A program made the translations under genes and the position numbers. Under the pieces are notes generated by a model, which saw nothing but the letters and a program-made list of their open reading frames with translations, was not told where the DNA came from and made no database searches. DNA of 63,859 nucleotides, counting the filler, from a bacterium (GTDB lineage Bacteria; UBP15; UBA6099; JAJRTR01): NCBI GenBank assembly GCA_024278215.1. It is 5 parts of 5 records of this genome, joined end to end, with 100 filler letters (N's around TTAATTAATTAA, not from the genome) between each part and the next. Parts side by side here need not be neighbours in the genome. Positions count along the whole stretch, not along the records: positions 1 to 25,025 come from JAJRTR010000178.1; 4 more parts are not named here. One strand, given 5' to 3'. This document shows positions 1-8,817 of the stretch, piece after piece (the first letter of the stretch is position 1; each line of letters opens with the position of its first letter).

Positions 1-102
1 GGCGACAAGCAGGAGCATTTTGCGCGCCCGCCGCGGCAGCAGCCAGAACAGGCCGAATACGGCAGTGAGAAAAACAAGATATGTCAGACTCTGAAACTGC
101 AT
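1..102 (-). CDS. MBOAT-family O-acyltransferase (AlgI/DltB-like), N-terminal fragment running off the window
   Basis: Reverse strand from the ATG at 102 reads MQFQSLTYLVFLTAVFGLFWLLPRRARKMLLLVA, typical of AlgI-like MBOAT N-termini; the ATG abuts the stop of the upstream SGNH-like gene. Confidence 0.7.
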   Translation of the reverse strand, partial: MQFQSLTYLVFLTAVFGLFWLLPRRARKMLLLVA

Positions 103-1284
103 TTATCGCTTACTGTCCTTTTCGAGAAAGCCCAGTTTCTTGAGATCACCTGCCACGACTTCGGCGAGAATCCTGTGCCCGCTTGCCTTGAAGTGCGAGT
201 AGTCCGGCTGGCCTGAGGTATAGAAAGTGCCCCAGTCGGCCTGCGGGATCACCGGGCCGTAATCCCTGTAGACTACGTTTTTTCCGTTTTTATCGGCTAT
301 CTTCTTCATCTCGGCCATGTACTCCGCGTATTCTTTTTCAGGAAACGGGCTCTCGACACCGGGCCGCAGCGGCACATTATACATAAGCATCCGCGTGCCG
401 GTCTCACGCGCCGCGTAAGCTGTCATGCCCATGAAGTCCATACTTGTCGTATAACGACCCAGCAGCACACCACGCTTCGAACTCGTGTTTATGCGGAAGA
501 CGGATTTGCGTAGACGCGCCAGCAGCAGCCGCAGATTCGCGTTTATATCGTCGCGCGAGCGCAGTATCGGGATACGCCCCCATATATTTTTTTGCAGGAA
601 AGTTTCGATGTCGTTTCCCGAATGTTCGGCGGCGATTTCCTGCGCCGTTTCGTCGCGGAGATCACGAAAAGCGTCGGGGAAACGAGCTTCCAGCCCTTTG
701 TGTCGTTCTATCCAATCCTTGATAACCGGATCGTCGAGAATCGGCCTCAGCTCGGAGCGAACCCCTTTGTTGCGCGTCTCGTGGTATCGGTATCCGTTCA
801 CGAGAATCAGGTTTTGCGGCAGGTCCGGCGCTTCCATGAGCCAGAGCGAAAGCAGGAACTGCTCGACGAAGTTGAGGTTAGGGTAGCTGAGCCCGAAGCA
901 GGGCGCTTCGCCGGGCCATCGCGTGCCGTTGAGGATAACTTGCAGATAATAGGAAGAGACCTGGTCGTCTTTCTTCATACCGTTTATAGCGTGCAGGTGC
1001 GAGTTGCCGATCCAGACAATCAGCGTGTCCGCTTCAGCCCTTTTCGGCAACAGCTCTTTCCAGTAGTCCCAGTTTTCGGGGTCGGGCTCGATGTCGTTTC
1101 GGATATGCCGGCCTGCAATTGTTGTATTCTTTTTAGCGAGGGTGCCTTCCCGCAGCGCTATCTCGGCAGGGTCCGTTTTGTTGTAATTGAGGATCAGAAG
1201 GCAGAAACCGATGAAAAAGAATATCGTGGCGGCAGGAGTCAGCCACTGCGATAAAGTTCCTGTATTATGGTTCTTGTCCGTCAT
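103..1284 (-). CDS. Membrane-anchored SGNH-like (DltD/AlgJ-type) protein, probable MBOAT partner
   Basis: N-terminal TM helix, IGNSH (GDS-like block I) and C-terminal DYSH (DxxH); coupled to the MBOAT gene; likely start 1284 (MTDK) rather than 1392. Confidence 0.6.
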   Translation of the reverse strand: MTDKNHNTGTLSQWLTPAATIFFFIGFCLLILNYNKTDPAEIALREGTLAKKNTTIAGRHIRNDIEPDPENWDYWKELLPKRAEADTLIVWIGNSHLHAINGMKKDDQVSSYYLQVILNGTRWPGEAPCFGLSYPNLNFVEQFLLSLWLMEAPDLPQNLILVNGYRYHETRNKGVRSELRPILDDPVIKDWIERHKGLEARFPDAFRDLRDETAQEIAAEHSGNDIETFLQKNIWGRIPILRSRDDINANLRLLLARLRKSVFRINTSSKRGVLLGRYTTSMDFMGMTAYAARETGTRMLMYNVPLRPGVESPFPEKEYAEYMAEMKKIADKNGKNVVYRDYGPVIPQADWGTFYTSGQPDYSHFKASGHRILAEVVAGDLKKLGFLEKDSKR

Positions 1285-1556
1285 TATTCGATTCAGCCGG
1301 TATGCTCCGCGGCAGAGCGCCGTAACGATGAAAATCACAGCCCGGTTACATATAATCGTACCATTTTTCGAGGCATATAAAAAGTGCTCCATGCAGTTTG
1401 TGATTCCGGAGATTGCGATTGACGTAGAGCCGATAACAAAATTGTGTTATAGTGAAGACATTCACAACGGCGGCCCCGATTCGAGACGGTTGGAATATGC
1501 CTGTGTTGGTATGGCCACAGAGATATATAACCCTGAAAGGACGGTGAAGAATATCT

Positions 1557-2378
1557 ATGATTAGAAAACAACATATTTTCGTATTGATTCTTGTAATATT
1601 TCAGGTGGCGTTTTTTCAGCCCGATCTCGCCGCCGCCCGGCCTCTTGAGATCACGGCCCACCGCGGGATGAAGAAATTCGCACCGGAAAATACGATACCG
1701 GCTATCAGGAAAGCAATCGACATGGGACTCGATTATGTGGAGTTCGACATCCGCGAGACTTCGGACGGCGTAATGGTGCTCATGCACGATTCAACTGTCG
1801 ACGCCACAACGGATGGAACCGGTCCGGTCGCCGGGTTCACCCTCGATGAGATGAAAAAACTGGATGCCGGCGTTAAGTTTTCTGAAGAGTTCAAGGGAAC
1901 ACGGGTCCCGACACTCGAGGAAGCCCTGCTGATCATGAAAGGCCACATAAAGGGGTATCTCGATTTCAAGGTCGGCTCACTTGAGAAACTCGTCGCGATA
2001 GTCTAAAAATGCGGCATGGTCGATTCCGTTGTCCTGTACGGCGACATAGGCGAAGCCGTTCGGATGGAAAAACTCAACCCGAATATCATTGTGATGCCCC
2101 ATGTGGAGAATGCGCAGCAGATAAAATTGTTTCTGACGACTGTCAAATTGAAAGCGGTCGAAACTTCGATTCTCGTCGCATCCACAAAGAAACTCGTGGA
2201 TGAAGCGCACAAGCACGGAATAAAGGTCTTTATGGATATTCTCGGCCCGTTCGATAATAAGACCGGTTTAAGGAAAGCGCTGAAGATGAAAGTGGACGTG
2301 ATTCAAACGGACAATGCGGATGTAATGCTCGAACTGCTCGAAAAGAGAAAATCCGCAAAACGGAAATCCGCCGAATAG
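1557..2378 (+). pseudogene. Glycerophosphodiester phosphodiesterase (GDPD), secreted, interrupted by an in-frame TAA at 2004-2006
   Basis: Signal peptide, AHRG, PENT, VEFDI, MHD motifs in 1557-2006; ORF 2016-2378 is in the same frame and supplies the rest of the barrel (VDVIQTD). Confidence 0.8.
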
Positions 2379-2489
2379 ATACATACGGCCAAAGCCGGGG
2401 GCAATAGAAGCCTGCCGTTTCTGACGAAACCGTCCTGAATCCCGTCGCTTTTGCTGTATCACACGGTCTCTCTCTATCAGGAAAAAGCC

Positions 2490-2518
2490 AAAAAAAAAGC
2501 CACCTGCTTCTGGTGGCT
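2490..2518 (-). terminator. Intrinsic terminator, minus strand
   Basis: Minus strand AGCCACC-AGAAGCA-GGTGGC followed by a T9 run (A9 at 2490-2498 on the plus strand). Confidence 0.8.
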
Positions 2519-2565
2519 CTTATCAGGAGGAGTTGCTGTGGCTAACAGCAACCATGTCAATCATT
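2490..2565 (-). ncRNA. Candidate sigma28-dependent small RNA (~75 nt)
   Basis: Lies between a perfect sigma28 promoter and an intrinsic terminator; 8-bp hairpin GUUGCUGU/ACAGCAAC then single-stranded UCCUCCUGAUAAG. Confidence 0.6.
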
Positions 2566-2570
2566 AATAA

Positions 2571-2598
2571 TTATCGGCCATCCTGCGTTAAACTTTAG
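2571..2598 (-). promoter_or_regulatory. Sigma28 (FliA/SigD) promoter
   Basis: Minus strand CTAAAGTTT-aacgcaggatg-GCCGATAA = TAAA-N15-GCCGATAA, exact consensus including the extended GTTT. Confidence 0.8.
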
Positions 2599-2929
2599 TA
2601 GTAGGGTAAAAAAACATTTCGCGCAACTTTGCGTAATTATAGTTATACAAAATGTTGTATTATATAAGTTTTTACAACTTTCGAACCCGTTTTTCCGTTT
2701 GTCGGCGATAAAAACTTGCATCCTGCAAGAAAAAACGGCGTTTTGTCATAATACTTGTGCGCATTCAGATATTTTGTAAGAATTTCGGGGACATGACTGG
2801 AATTTGCCATTTAATTCCGGAGCGTGTTCCAAGGAAATTCCGCGCATGTTTCAAAAATGCACAAGTTAAGATAATATATTAAATGAGCTATTTGCAAGTG
2901 GCTATAATGATCACATAGCGAGGTGGCGC

Positions 2930-4114
2930 ATGAGCTTTTTTAAGAACAGAATTCATCTCATTAGCGCGGTTTGCGTTTCGATGGTCTTGTTTCTTACAGT
3001 ATCCACGGCAATATCTTCATTTGCGAAGACACATCCGAACGTAAAAGCGGCGAGTTTTTATGCGGAAGCCCTGGGTGCGGAAAAAGATTATTACATCTAT
3101 CTGCCGCCGGGATATGAGGAGAAAACAGATTCCGAATATCCATCTGTCTACCTGTTGCACGGATACGATTTTGCGCGCAACAACCCCGATCTCAAGGATG
3201 CCATGGCCCGAGAGGAGCAACATCACTGGATCGCCCAGGAGCAGGTGCCGGAGGTGGCCGACTGCCTTTTCACAACACAGGATTATGGGGCACTTCTCGC
3301 GTGCCTCGCAGGAAACGATGTCGAGTTTCCCGAGGCTATCGCAGATGACATGAGAGATGAATACCCGGTGTGTCCCCTGCCGCTCCCGCCGATGATCATA
3401 GTGATGCCGGACGGCGATTCAAGCTTCTATGTGAACCGGCTGGACGGGAAGAAAACCTGGCCGCCCCTCGACGGCCCCGAATTCGTCAACGGCATACGCA
3501 AAGGCGCTACAGGACAATATGAAACATACATTTATCGTGATCTCGTCGACCATATAGACTCGACATACAGGACGATAGACAGTTCAAAATACAGGGGAAT
3601 AGGCGGATTTTCGATGGGCGGTATCGGCTCGATGAACATTCTTCTCGGGCACCCTGATGTCTTCTGTTCCGTCACTTCACTGAGCGCGGTTTTTACTCTT
3701 TCAGACCTGTTGAACGATCCGCTCGGACAGGGACTGGACAAAACAACGCCCGAGATCAGAAGCGTGTTTTCCGACAACCCGGATGCTGAAAACCCGGGAA
3801 TAAATGTAAAATATCTCAAGCGAAACGATCCGTATTACAGGCTGAAAAACCTGAAAACGAACAGTGTCCACATATACTATGATGCCGGTTCCGCAGACTT
3901 TTTCTCCGGGATGTACAATTTCAGGACATTCCGCAAGTTCCAGCGGGGCATCGAAAAAAAGGGCCTGACATCGGAACCGGCGAACCACATAATCCCTGCA
4001 CGCGAAAACAACGGGAAAGGTATGCACACAGGCCGCTACTGGCGATCCCGGCTTGGCGTGGTGTTCGCCTTCCACGCGAAATCTTTCGGATTGTTGCCCG
4101 GGAAAGATGAATAA
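2930..4114 (+). CDS. Secreted alpha/beta-hydrolase, putative esterase family
   Basis: Signal peptide, YIYLPPGY, YLLHG, IIVMPDG, nucleophile GFSMGG, C-terminal His (GMHT). Confidence 0.85.
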   Translation: MSFFKNRIHLISAVCVSMVLFLTVSTAISSFAKTHPNVKAASFYAEALGAEKDYYIYLPPGYEEKTDSEYPSVYLLHGYDFARNNPDLKDAMAREEQHHWIAQEQVPEVADCLFTTQDYGALLACLAGNDVEFPEAIADDMRDEYPVCPLPLPPMIIVMPDGDSSFYVNRLDGKKTWPPLDGPEFVNGIRKGATGQYETYIYRDLVDHIDSTYRTIDSSKYRGIGGFSMGGIGSMNILLGHPDVFCSVTSLSAVFTLSDLLNDPLGQGLDKTTPEIRSVFSDNPDAENPGINVKYLKRNDPYYRLKNLKTNSVHIYYDAGSADFFSGMYNFRTFRKFQRGIEKKGLTSEPANHIIPARENNGKGMHTGRYWRSRLGVVFAFHAKSFGLLPGKDE

Positions 4115-4139
4115 TGGCCAGGAGGTTGTGTCAGCGAGT

Positions 4140-4321
4140 GAAAAACCGTAAGAATGCCTGTAATAATACAAGGCGCGGCAAGTGAGTTGCGAGGGAGCAG
4201 CCGGCCAGCCGGTCTATTGCGCAAAATGCCGGTATGTGACCGATCCCGAATCGCTGCCGCAACGCAGTAGAATGGGAGTTCTTACGGTTTTCCGGATTTC
4301 TTTGTGAGAAATGCGGGTTAG
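4140..4321 (-). mobile_element. MITE-like repeat family B copy (one end truncated, ~25-30-bp central insertion)
   Basis: Reverse complement aligns with 46704-46884 and 48538-48720 (TAACCCG.ATTTCTCACAAAGAAATCCGG...GATTCGGGATCGGTCACATAC...ACTTGCCGCGCCTTG). Confidence 0.8.
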
Positions 4322-4328
4322 TGATAAT

Positions 4329-5855
4329 ATGAAAACGAGCAATAACATTCTTGTATATCTTGCGGTGTTTTTCGGCGGAACGGCTGTGATGGCGTTCGAG
4401 CTTGCGGCATCGCGACTGTTCGCACCGTATTACGGCACATCGCTGTATGTGTGGGCGGGGCTGATAGGCGCGCTGCTTTTTTTCCTGTCGGTCGGCAACT
4501 ATACAGGTGGCCGCATGAGCAGGTCGGGCGCGGGTGCGAAGAGACTTTTCGCCCTGCTCCTGACCGCCTCGATATTCGGCGCGGTCGCGCCTTTTGCGGC
4601 ATTGCCGGTTATGCGCGCGACATCGACATTTGCCGGTTCGGGCGGACAGATGCTGCCGGGCATACTCGCTTCGACAATGGCGGCGCTGGCGGTGCCGCTG
4701 GTGCTTCTGGGCTGCCTGCTTCCGATCTCGACGGGCATTCTGACAGGCGATACCGACGACGCCGGCAGGATTGTCGGTATACTCAACGCGCTTTCCACGC
4801 TCGGCTGCATCGTCGGCATTTTCGTTTCAACACTTGTCACTATTCCTTACCTCGGAACGAGAATGACATTTCTCGTTTTCTCACTTGCGCCGGCAGCGAT
4901 TGCGGTTGTCGGGCTTGCGCGCCCGGCGCAGGCGGTCGTCCTGTTATTGTTCGCGCCTACGTTCATGTTCAGCAGTCGTCTCCCTTTGAGACAGCCGCCG
5001 CCCGGACACGTTCGGCTGGCCGAGCGTGAGACCCCATACAACTATGTCCAGATTACTGAACATGACGATTTCGTCACTATGCTCGTAAACCAGGGCTGGC
5101 TCTCTTATTCAAGGTACAGGAAAAACACGATCAGATCAGGCTCATACAGAGACTACTTTCCGCTGTCCGAAACTCTCAGCGGCGACGAGCATTTTCCGCG
5201 AAATATCTGTATACTCGGACTGGCCGGAGGCACGGCCGCGCGGGTGCTGCGGCACGCTTTCCCCGACGCTCGCATTGTCGGAGTCGAGATCGACCCCGGG
5301 CTTATCGAACTCAGCGAGCAATACATGGGCCTCGACCTGGACGCGATGATTGATGAAATCTTTATATCCGACGGTCGCACTTTTCTCAGGAACACTGCTG
5401 AAAAGTTCGACCTGATAATTGTCGATGTTTACACGCAGGAGTACATCCCTTTCCACATGGCAACCGTCGAGTTTTTCGAGATCGTGAGTGACCGGCTCAC
5501 GCCCGGCGGCGTGGTGGCGATGAATGTGGCGTGGCGCTCGGCGAAAGAATGGTCGCTCCCGGAGCGTTGCGCGAATACCCTCAGGCAGGTTTTCCCGACT
5601 GTTTACATCCAGATGTTCAACAGGAAAATAAACACACTTCTGTATGCCACGAAAAAAGCTGTCACACTCGATCAAGTGTCGGCGAACCGGAGAAGTGAAA
5701 CCAACAGCTATACGAGGCAGTTGTTGCAACTCGGGAACTATGTTTTCCGAACATACGGGGGTGAAGGGCCATATTTCACCGACGATCTGGCCCCGGTCGA
5801 GCAGTTCACCAATAATTCGATAAAGATGTTTTTCGCTTCCCGGATAACAGAATGA
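4329..5855 (+). CDS. Fused membrane/spermidine-synthase-like SAM-dependent methyltransferase
   Basis: Multiple N-terminal TM helices (ELAASRLFAPYYG), then LGLAGG, GVEIDP, DGR, DLIIVDVY, IPFHMATVEF. Confidence 0.85.
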   Translation: MKTSNNILVYLAVFFGGTAVMAFELAASRLFAPYYGTSLYVWAGLIGALLFFLSVGNYTGGRMSRSGAGAKRLFALLLTASIFGAVAPFAALPVMRATSTFAGSGGQMLPGILASTMAALAVPLVLLGCLLPISTGILTGDTDDAGRIVGILNALSTLGCIVGIFVSTLVTIPYLGTRMTFLVFSLAPAAIAVVGLARPAQAVVLLLFAPTFMFSSRLPLRQPPPGHVRLAERETPYNYVQITEHDDFVTMLVNQGWLSYSRYRKNTIRSGSYRDYFPLSETLSGDEHFPRNICILGLAGGTAARVLRHAFPDARIVGVEIDPGLIELSEQYMGLDLDAMIDEIFISDGRTFLRNTAEKFDLIIVDVYTQEYIPFHMATVEFFEIVSDRLTPGGVVAMNVAWRSAKEWSLPERCANTLRQVFPTVYIQMFNRKINTLLYATKKAVTLDQVSANRRSETNSYTRQLLQLGNYVFRTYGGEGPYFTDDLAPVEQFTNNSIKMFFASRITE

Positions 5856-5897
5856 TCATACACTCCGCGTTCACCATAAAGTTGTTCGTGGCACATG

Positions 5898-5931
5898 AAA
5901 AAAGAGGGCTCTTTTGGGGGAGCCCTCTTTT
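5898..5931. terminator. Bidirectional intrinsic terminator
   Basis: AAAAGAGGGCTC-loop-GAGCCCTCTTTT between convergent genes. Confidence 0.8.
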
Positions 5932-6029
5932 GTTGTTTCCATTATGTTCTGGCGGGGAAACGCCGGTCCCACCCTGCACCTGATTTCTTACTGCCGAACG
6001 TCCTGCTTATCAATCAATACAAAATACCG

Positions 6030-8756
6030 TCACCCGCCGTTTTTTGAGATTTTGACGGCGCAGACTTTGTATTCCGGTATCCTGGCGACCGGGTCGAGCG
6101 CGCCGTTTGTGAGCCTGTTGGCGGCGGCTTCGGCGAAGTGGAACGGGATAAAGACGATATTGTTGATGACTTTGTCCGTTACGCGCGCCTTTGTAGTGAT
6201 GGCACCGCGCCGCGATGCGACATTGACCATTTCGCCGTCGGCGACACCGAGTTCGGCGGCGAGTTTCGGGCTGATCTCGACCCAGCCCGAAGGCACATGC
6301 TCGTCGAGCGGCCGGGAGCGGCGGCTCATGCTGCCCGAGTGGTAGTGTTCGAGTATGCGACCGGTGGTGAGGATGACGGGGTATTCGTCGTCGGTCATTT
6401 CAGCCGGGTCGCGATAGTCGACTGCCGAGAACAGGCCCTTGCCGCGTGCGAACTTGTCTTTGTGCAGATAAGGGGTGCCGGGGTGTTTTTTGTCCGGACA
6501 CGGCCATGCGAGGCCGCCCGTTTCTGCGATGCGTTTGTATGTGATGCCGCCGTAGCTGGGGGTCAGTGCGGCGATTTCTCTCATGATGGCTTCCTGGCTG
6601 GAGTAGCGCATTTTGTAGCCCATGCGTTTGGCGACTTCGCATATAATAGCGTAGTCCTGCTTCCTCTGTCCTTCGGGCTCGATCGCCTGTCGCACGAGTT
6701 GCACACGGCGTTCGGTGTTGGTGAATGTGCCGGTTTTTTCGGCGAAGCTCACGCCGGGCAGTATGACGTCGGCCAGTACTGCCGTTTCCGTCGGGAATAT
6801 GTCCTGAACGACAAGGAAGTCGAGTTTTTTGAGGGCTTCTTCGGCGTGGTTGAGGTCCGGGTCGGTGACCATCGGATTTTCGCCCATGATGTACAGTCCC
6901 TTGAGTTTTCCCTCGCTCGCCGCTTCGATCATCAGCGTGACGGTCAGACCGATATTCGGGTCGAGCGGCACACCCCAGGCTTCCTCGAATTTCTTCTGGA
7001 TGTCCGGGTTTGTGACGGGCTGGTAGCCGGAGTATACGTTGGGCAGTGCACCGAGGTCGCAGGCGCCCTGGACGTTGTTCTGGCCGCGCAGCGGGTTCAC
7101 GCCTGTACTGGGACGGCCTATCTGGCCGCAGAGCATGGCGAGGTTGGCGGTCGAGAGCACGTTGTCCGTGCCGCTGGTGTGCTGCGTGATGCCCATCGAG
7201 TAGATGAGTGAAGACTTCTCGGAAGTGGCGTATATGCGCGCCGCTTCGCGCAGGCTATCGGCAGGTATGCCGGTGATTTCTTCGACCTTTTCGGGTGTGT
7301 AGGCGGCGACAGTCTTTTTGAGTTCCTCGTAGCCTTCGCAACGCTCGTCGATGAATTCCTGGTTCTGGAGTCCCTCGGCAATGATGACGTTCATCATGCC
7401 GTTGAGCCACGCTACGTCTGTGCCGGGCCTCTGGTGGAGGGCGAGTGTCGAGATGGCGCACAGGTCGATGTTGCGGGGTTCGACAACGATGAGTTTGCAG
7501 TTGTTGTTACGAACGGCTTTCTTTATTTCGAGCGATATTATCGGGTGTGTTGCAGTGGTGTTGCTGCCTGTGACGAGGATGCAGTCGCAGTCTTTAAGCT
7601 CGCCGATCGAGTTTGTCATAGCGCCTGAGCCGAAAGCTTTGGCGAGGCCCGCGACGGTGGAAGAGTGGCAGAGGCGGGCGCAGTGGTCGACATTGTTTGT
7701 GCCGAGCACGGCGCGCACGAATTTCTGGAACACATAGTTTTCTTCGTTGGTCGTCCTGGCCGAAGAGAAACCGCCCAGCGCGCCGGGGCCGTGCTCGGAC
7801 TTGATCTGCGAGAGCCGCTCGGCAACGTAGTCGAGCGCTTTCTTCCATGAGACCTTTTTATAATCCTTGAGCGTGTATGTGCGTTCTTCTCTGGGCACCT
7901 TCAGCATAAGCGGATAGTCGAGCCTGTCTTCGGAGTGGACGAATCCGAGTCCGAAACGGCCCTTGACACAGAGCGCGGTTTTGTTGACGGGATTGTTTTT
8001 GAAGTCGGTCGAGTCGGCCTTGACGATTTTATTGTCTTTCACGCAGAGGTCGAAAGTGCAGCCGCAGCCGCAGTAGGGGCAGGTGGTGTGGGTGCGTTCG
8101 AACTCCCATTCGCGGCCCTTGCCGTAGCGTTCCTTTTCCATGAGGGCACCGGTGGGGCAGAGCGCGACGCAGTTGCCGCAGAACACGCAGTTGCTTTCCT
8201 CGAGCGGCAGTTTGAAGGGTGTGGACACCATCGCGTCGAAGCCGCGGTTGGCGAAGTCCAGCACGTTGTTGCCCTGTATCTCGTCGCAGGCTCTGATGCA
8301 CTTGCCGCAGAGGATGCACTTGTTGTAGTCGCGCACATAGTACGGGTTCGAGCCGTCGACAGTGTACTGGTATTTGTCCTGGTACTTACTGACATCGACA
8401 CCGTACTCGTAGCTGTATTCCTGGAGATCGCACGCGCCGCTTTTCTCGCATACGGTGCAATCGTTGGGGTGTGCGGACCAGAGCAGTTCGAGGAACACGC
8501 GTCTTGCGCGGACCACCTTGTCGCTGTGGGTTTTGATCTTCATGCCGTCGCCCGCCTGATTGACGCAGGCCGGTACCAGCGCGCGCGCGCCTTCCACCTC
8601 GACGACGCACATGCGGCATGCCGCCGTCGGTTCGAGCACTTCGCTGTGGCACAGCGTCGGGAGCCTGATCCCCTGCTGCTCGGCAATTTCCAGTATGGTC
8701 ATTCCTTTTTCAGCTTTAACTTTTTTACCGTTCAGTGTGACGGTTATTTTTTCCAT
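6030..8756 (-). CDS. fdhA: Formate dehydrogenase alpha subunit (Mo/W-bisPGD, Cys ligand) with NuoG-like FeS N-terminus
   Basis: 2Fe-2S, HxxxCxxCxxxxxC and 2x4Fe-4S motifs; CPYCGCGC; DHCARLCHS; PLRGQNNVQG; C-terminal molybdopterin-dinucleotide domain. Confidence 0.93.
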   Translation of the reverse strand: MEKITVTLNGKKVKAEKGMTILEIAEQQGIRLPTLCHSEVLEPTAACRMCVVEVEGARALVPACVNQAGDGMKIKTHSDKVVRARRVFLELLWSAHPNDCTVCEKSGACDLQEYSYEYGVDVSKYQDKYQYTVDGSNPYYVRDYNKCILCGKCIRACDEIQGNNVLDFANRGFDAMVSTPFKLPLEESNCVFCGNCVALCPTGALMEKERYGKGREWEFERTHTTCPYCGCGCTFDLCVKDNKIVKADSTDFKNNPVNKTALCVKGRFGLGFVHSEDRLDYPLMLKVPREERTYTLKDYKKVSWKKALDYVAERLSQIKSEHGPGALGGFSSARTTNEENYVFQKFVRAVLGTNNVDHCARLCHSSTVAGLAKAFGSGAMTNSIGELKDCDCILVTGSNTTATHPIISLEIKKAVRNNNCKLIVVEPRNIDLCAISTLALHQRPGTDVAWLNGMMNVIIAEGLQNQEFIDERCEGYEELKKTVAAYTPEKVEEITGIPADSLREAARIYATSEKSSLIYSMGITQHTSGTDNVLSTANLAMLCGQIGRPSTGVNPLRGQNNVQGACDLGALPNVYSGYQPVTNPDIQKKFEEAWGVPLDPNIGLTVTLMIEAASEGKLKGLYIMGENPMVTDPDLNHAEEALKKLDFLVVQDIFPTETAVLADVILPGVSFAEKTGTFTNTERRVQLVRQAIEPEGQRKQDYAIICEVAKRMGYKMRYSSQEAIMREIAALTPSYGGITYKRIAETGGLAWPCPDKKHPGTPYLHKDKFARGKGLFSAVDYRDPAEMTDDEYPVILTTGRILEHYHSGSMSRRSRPLDEHVPSGWVEISPKLAAELGVADGEMVNVASRRGAITTKARVTDKVINNIVFIPFHFAEAAANRLTNGALDPVARIPEYKVCAVKISKNGG

Positions 8757-8817
8757 CTTGTCACTCTCCAGACATATCTGATCTTATTTTATAACTATTG
8801 ATTTCGAGATAGCGTTA

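Noticed and set aside
1429-1436. GCCGATAA upstream of the GDPD gene as a sigma28 promoter
   Set aside because: No TAAA-like -35 at 15 bp; an extended sigma70 -10 (TGTTATAGT) just downstream fits better
2525-2567. Plus-strand micro-ORF (AGGAGG, then GTG...MANSNHVNH*)
   Set aside because: Promoter and U-tract both point to the minus strand; the SD look-alike is the complement of the proposed seed; not fully excluded
7660-7690. Selenocysteine/SECIS in the formate dehydrogenase
   Set aside because: The active-site codon is TGC (CARLCHS); no in-frame TGA
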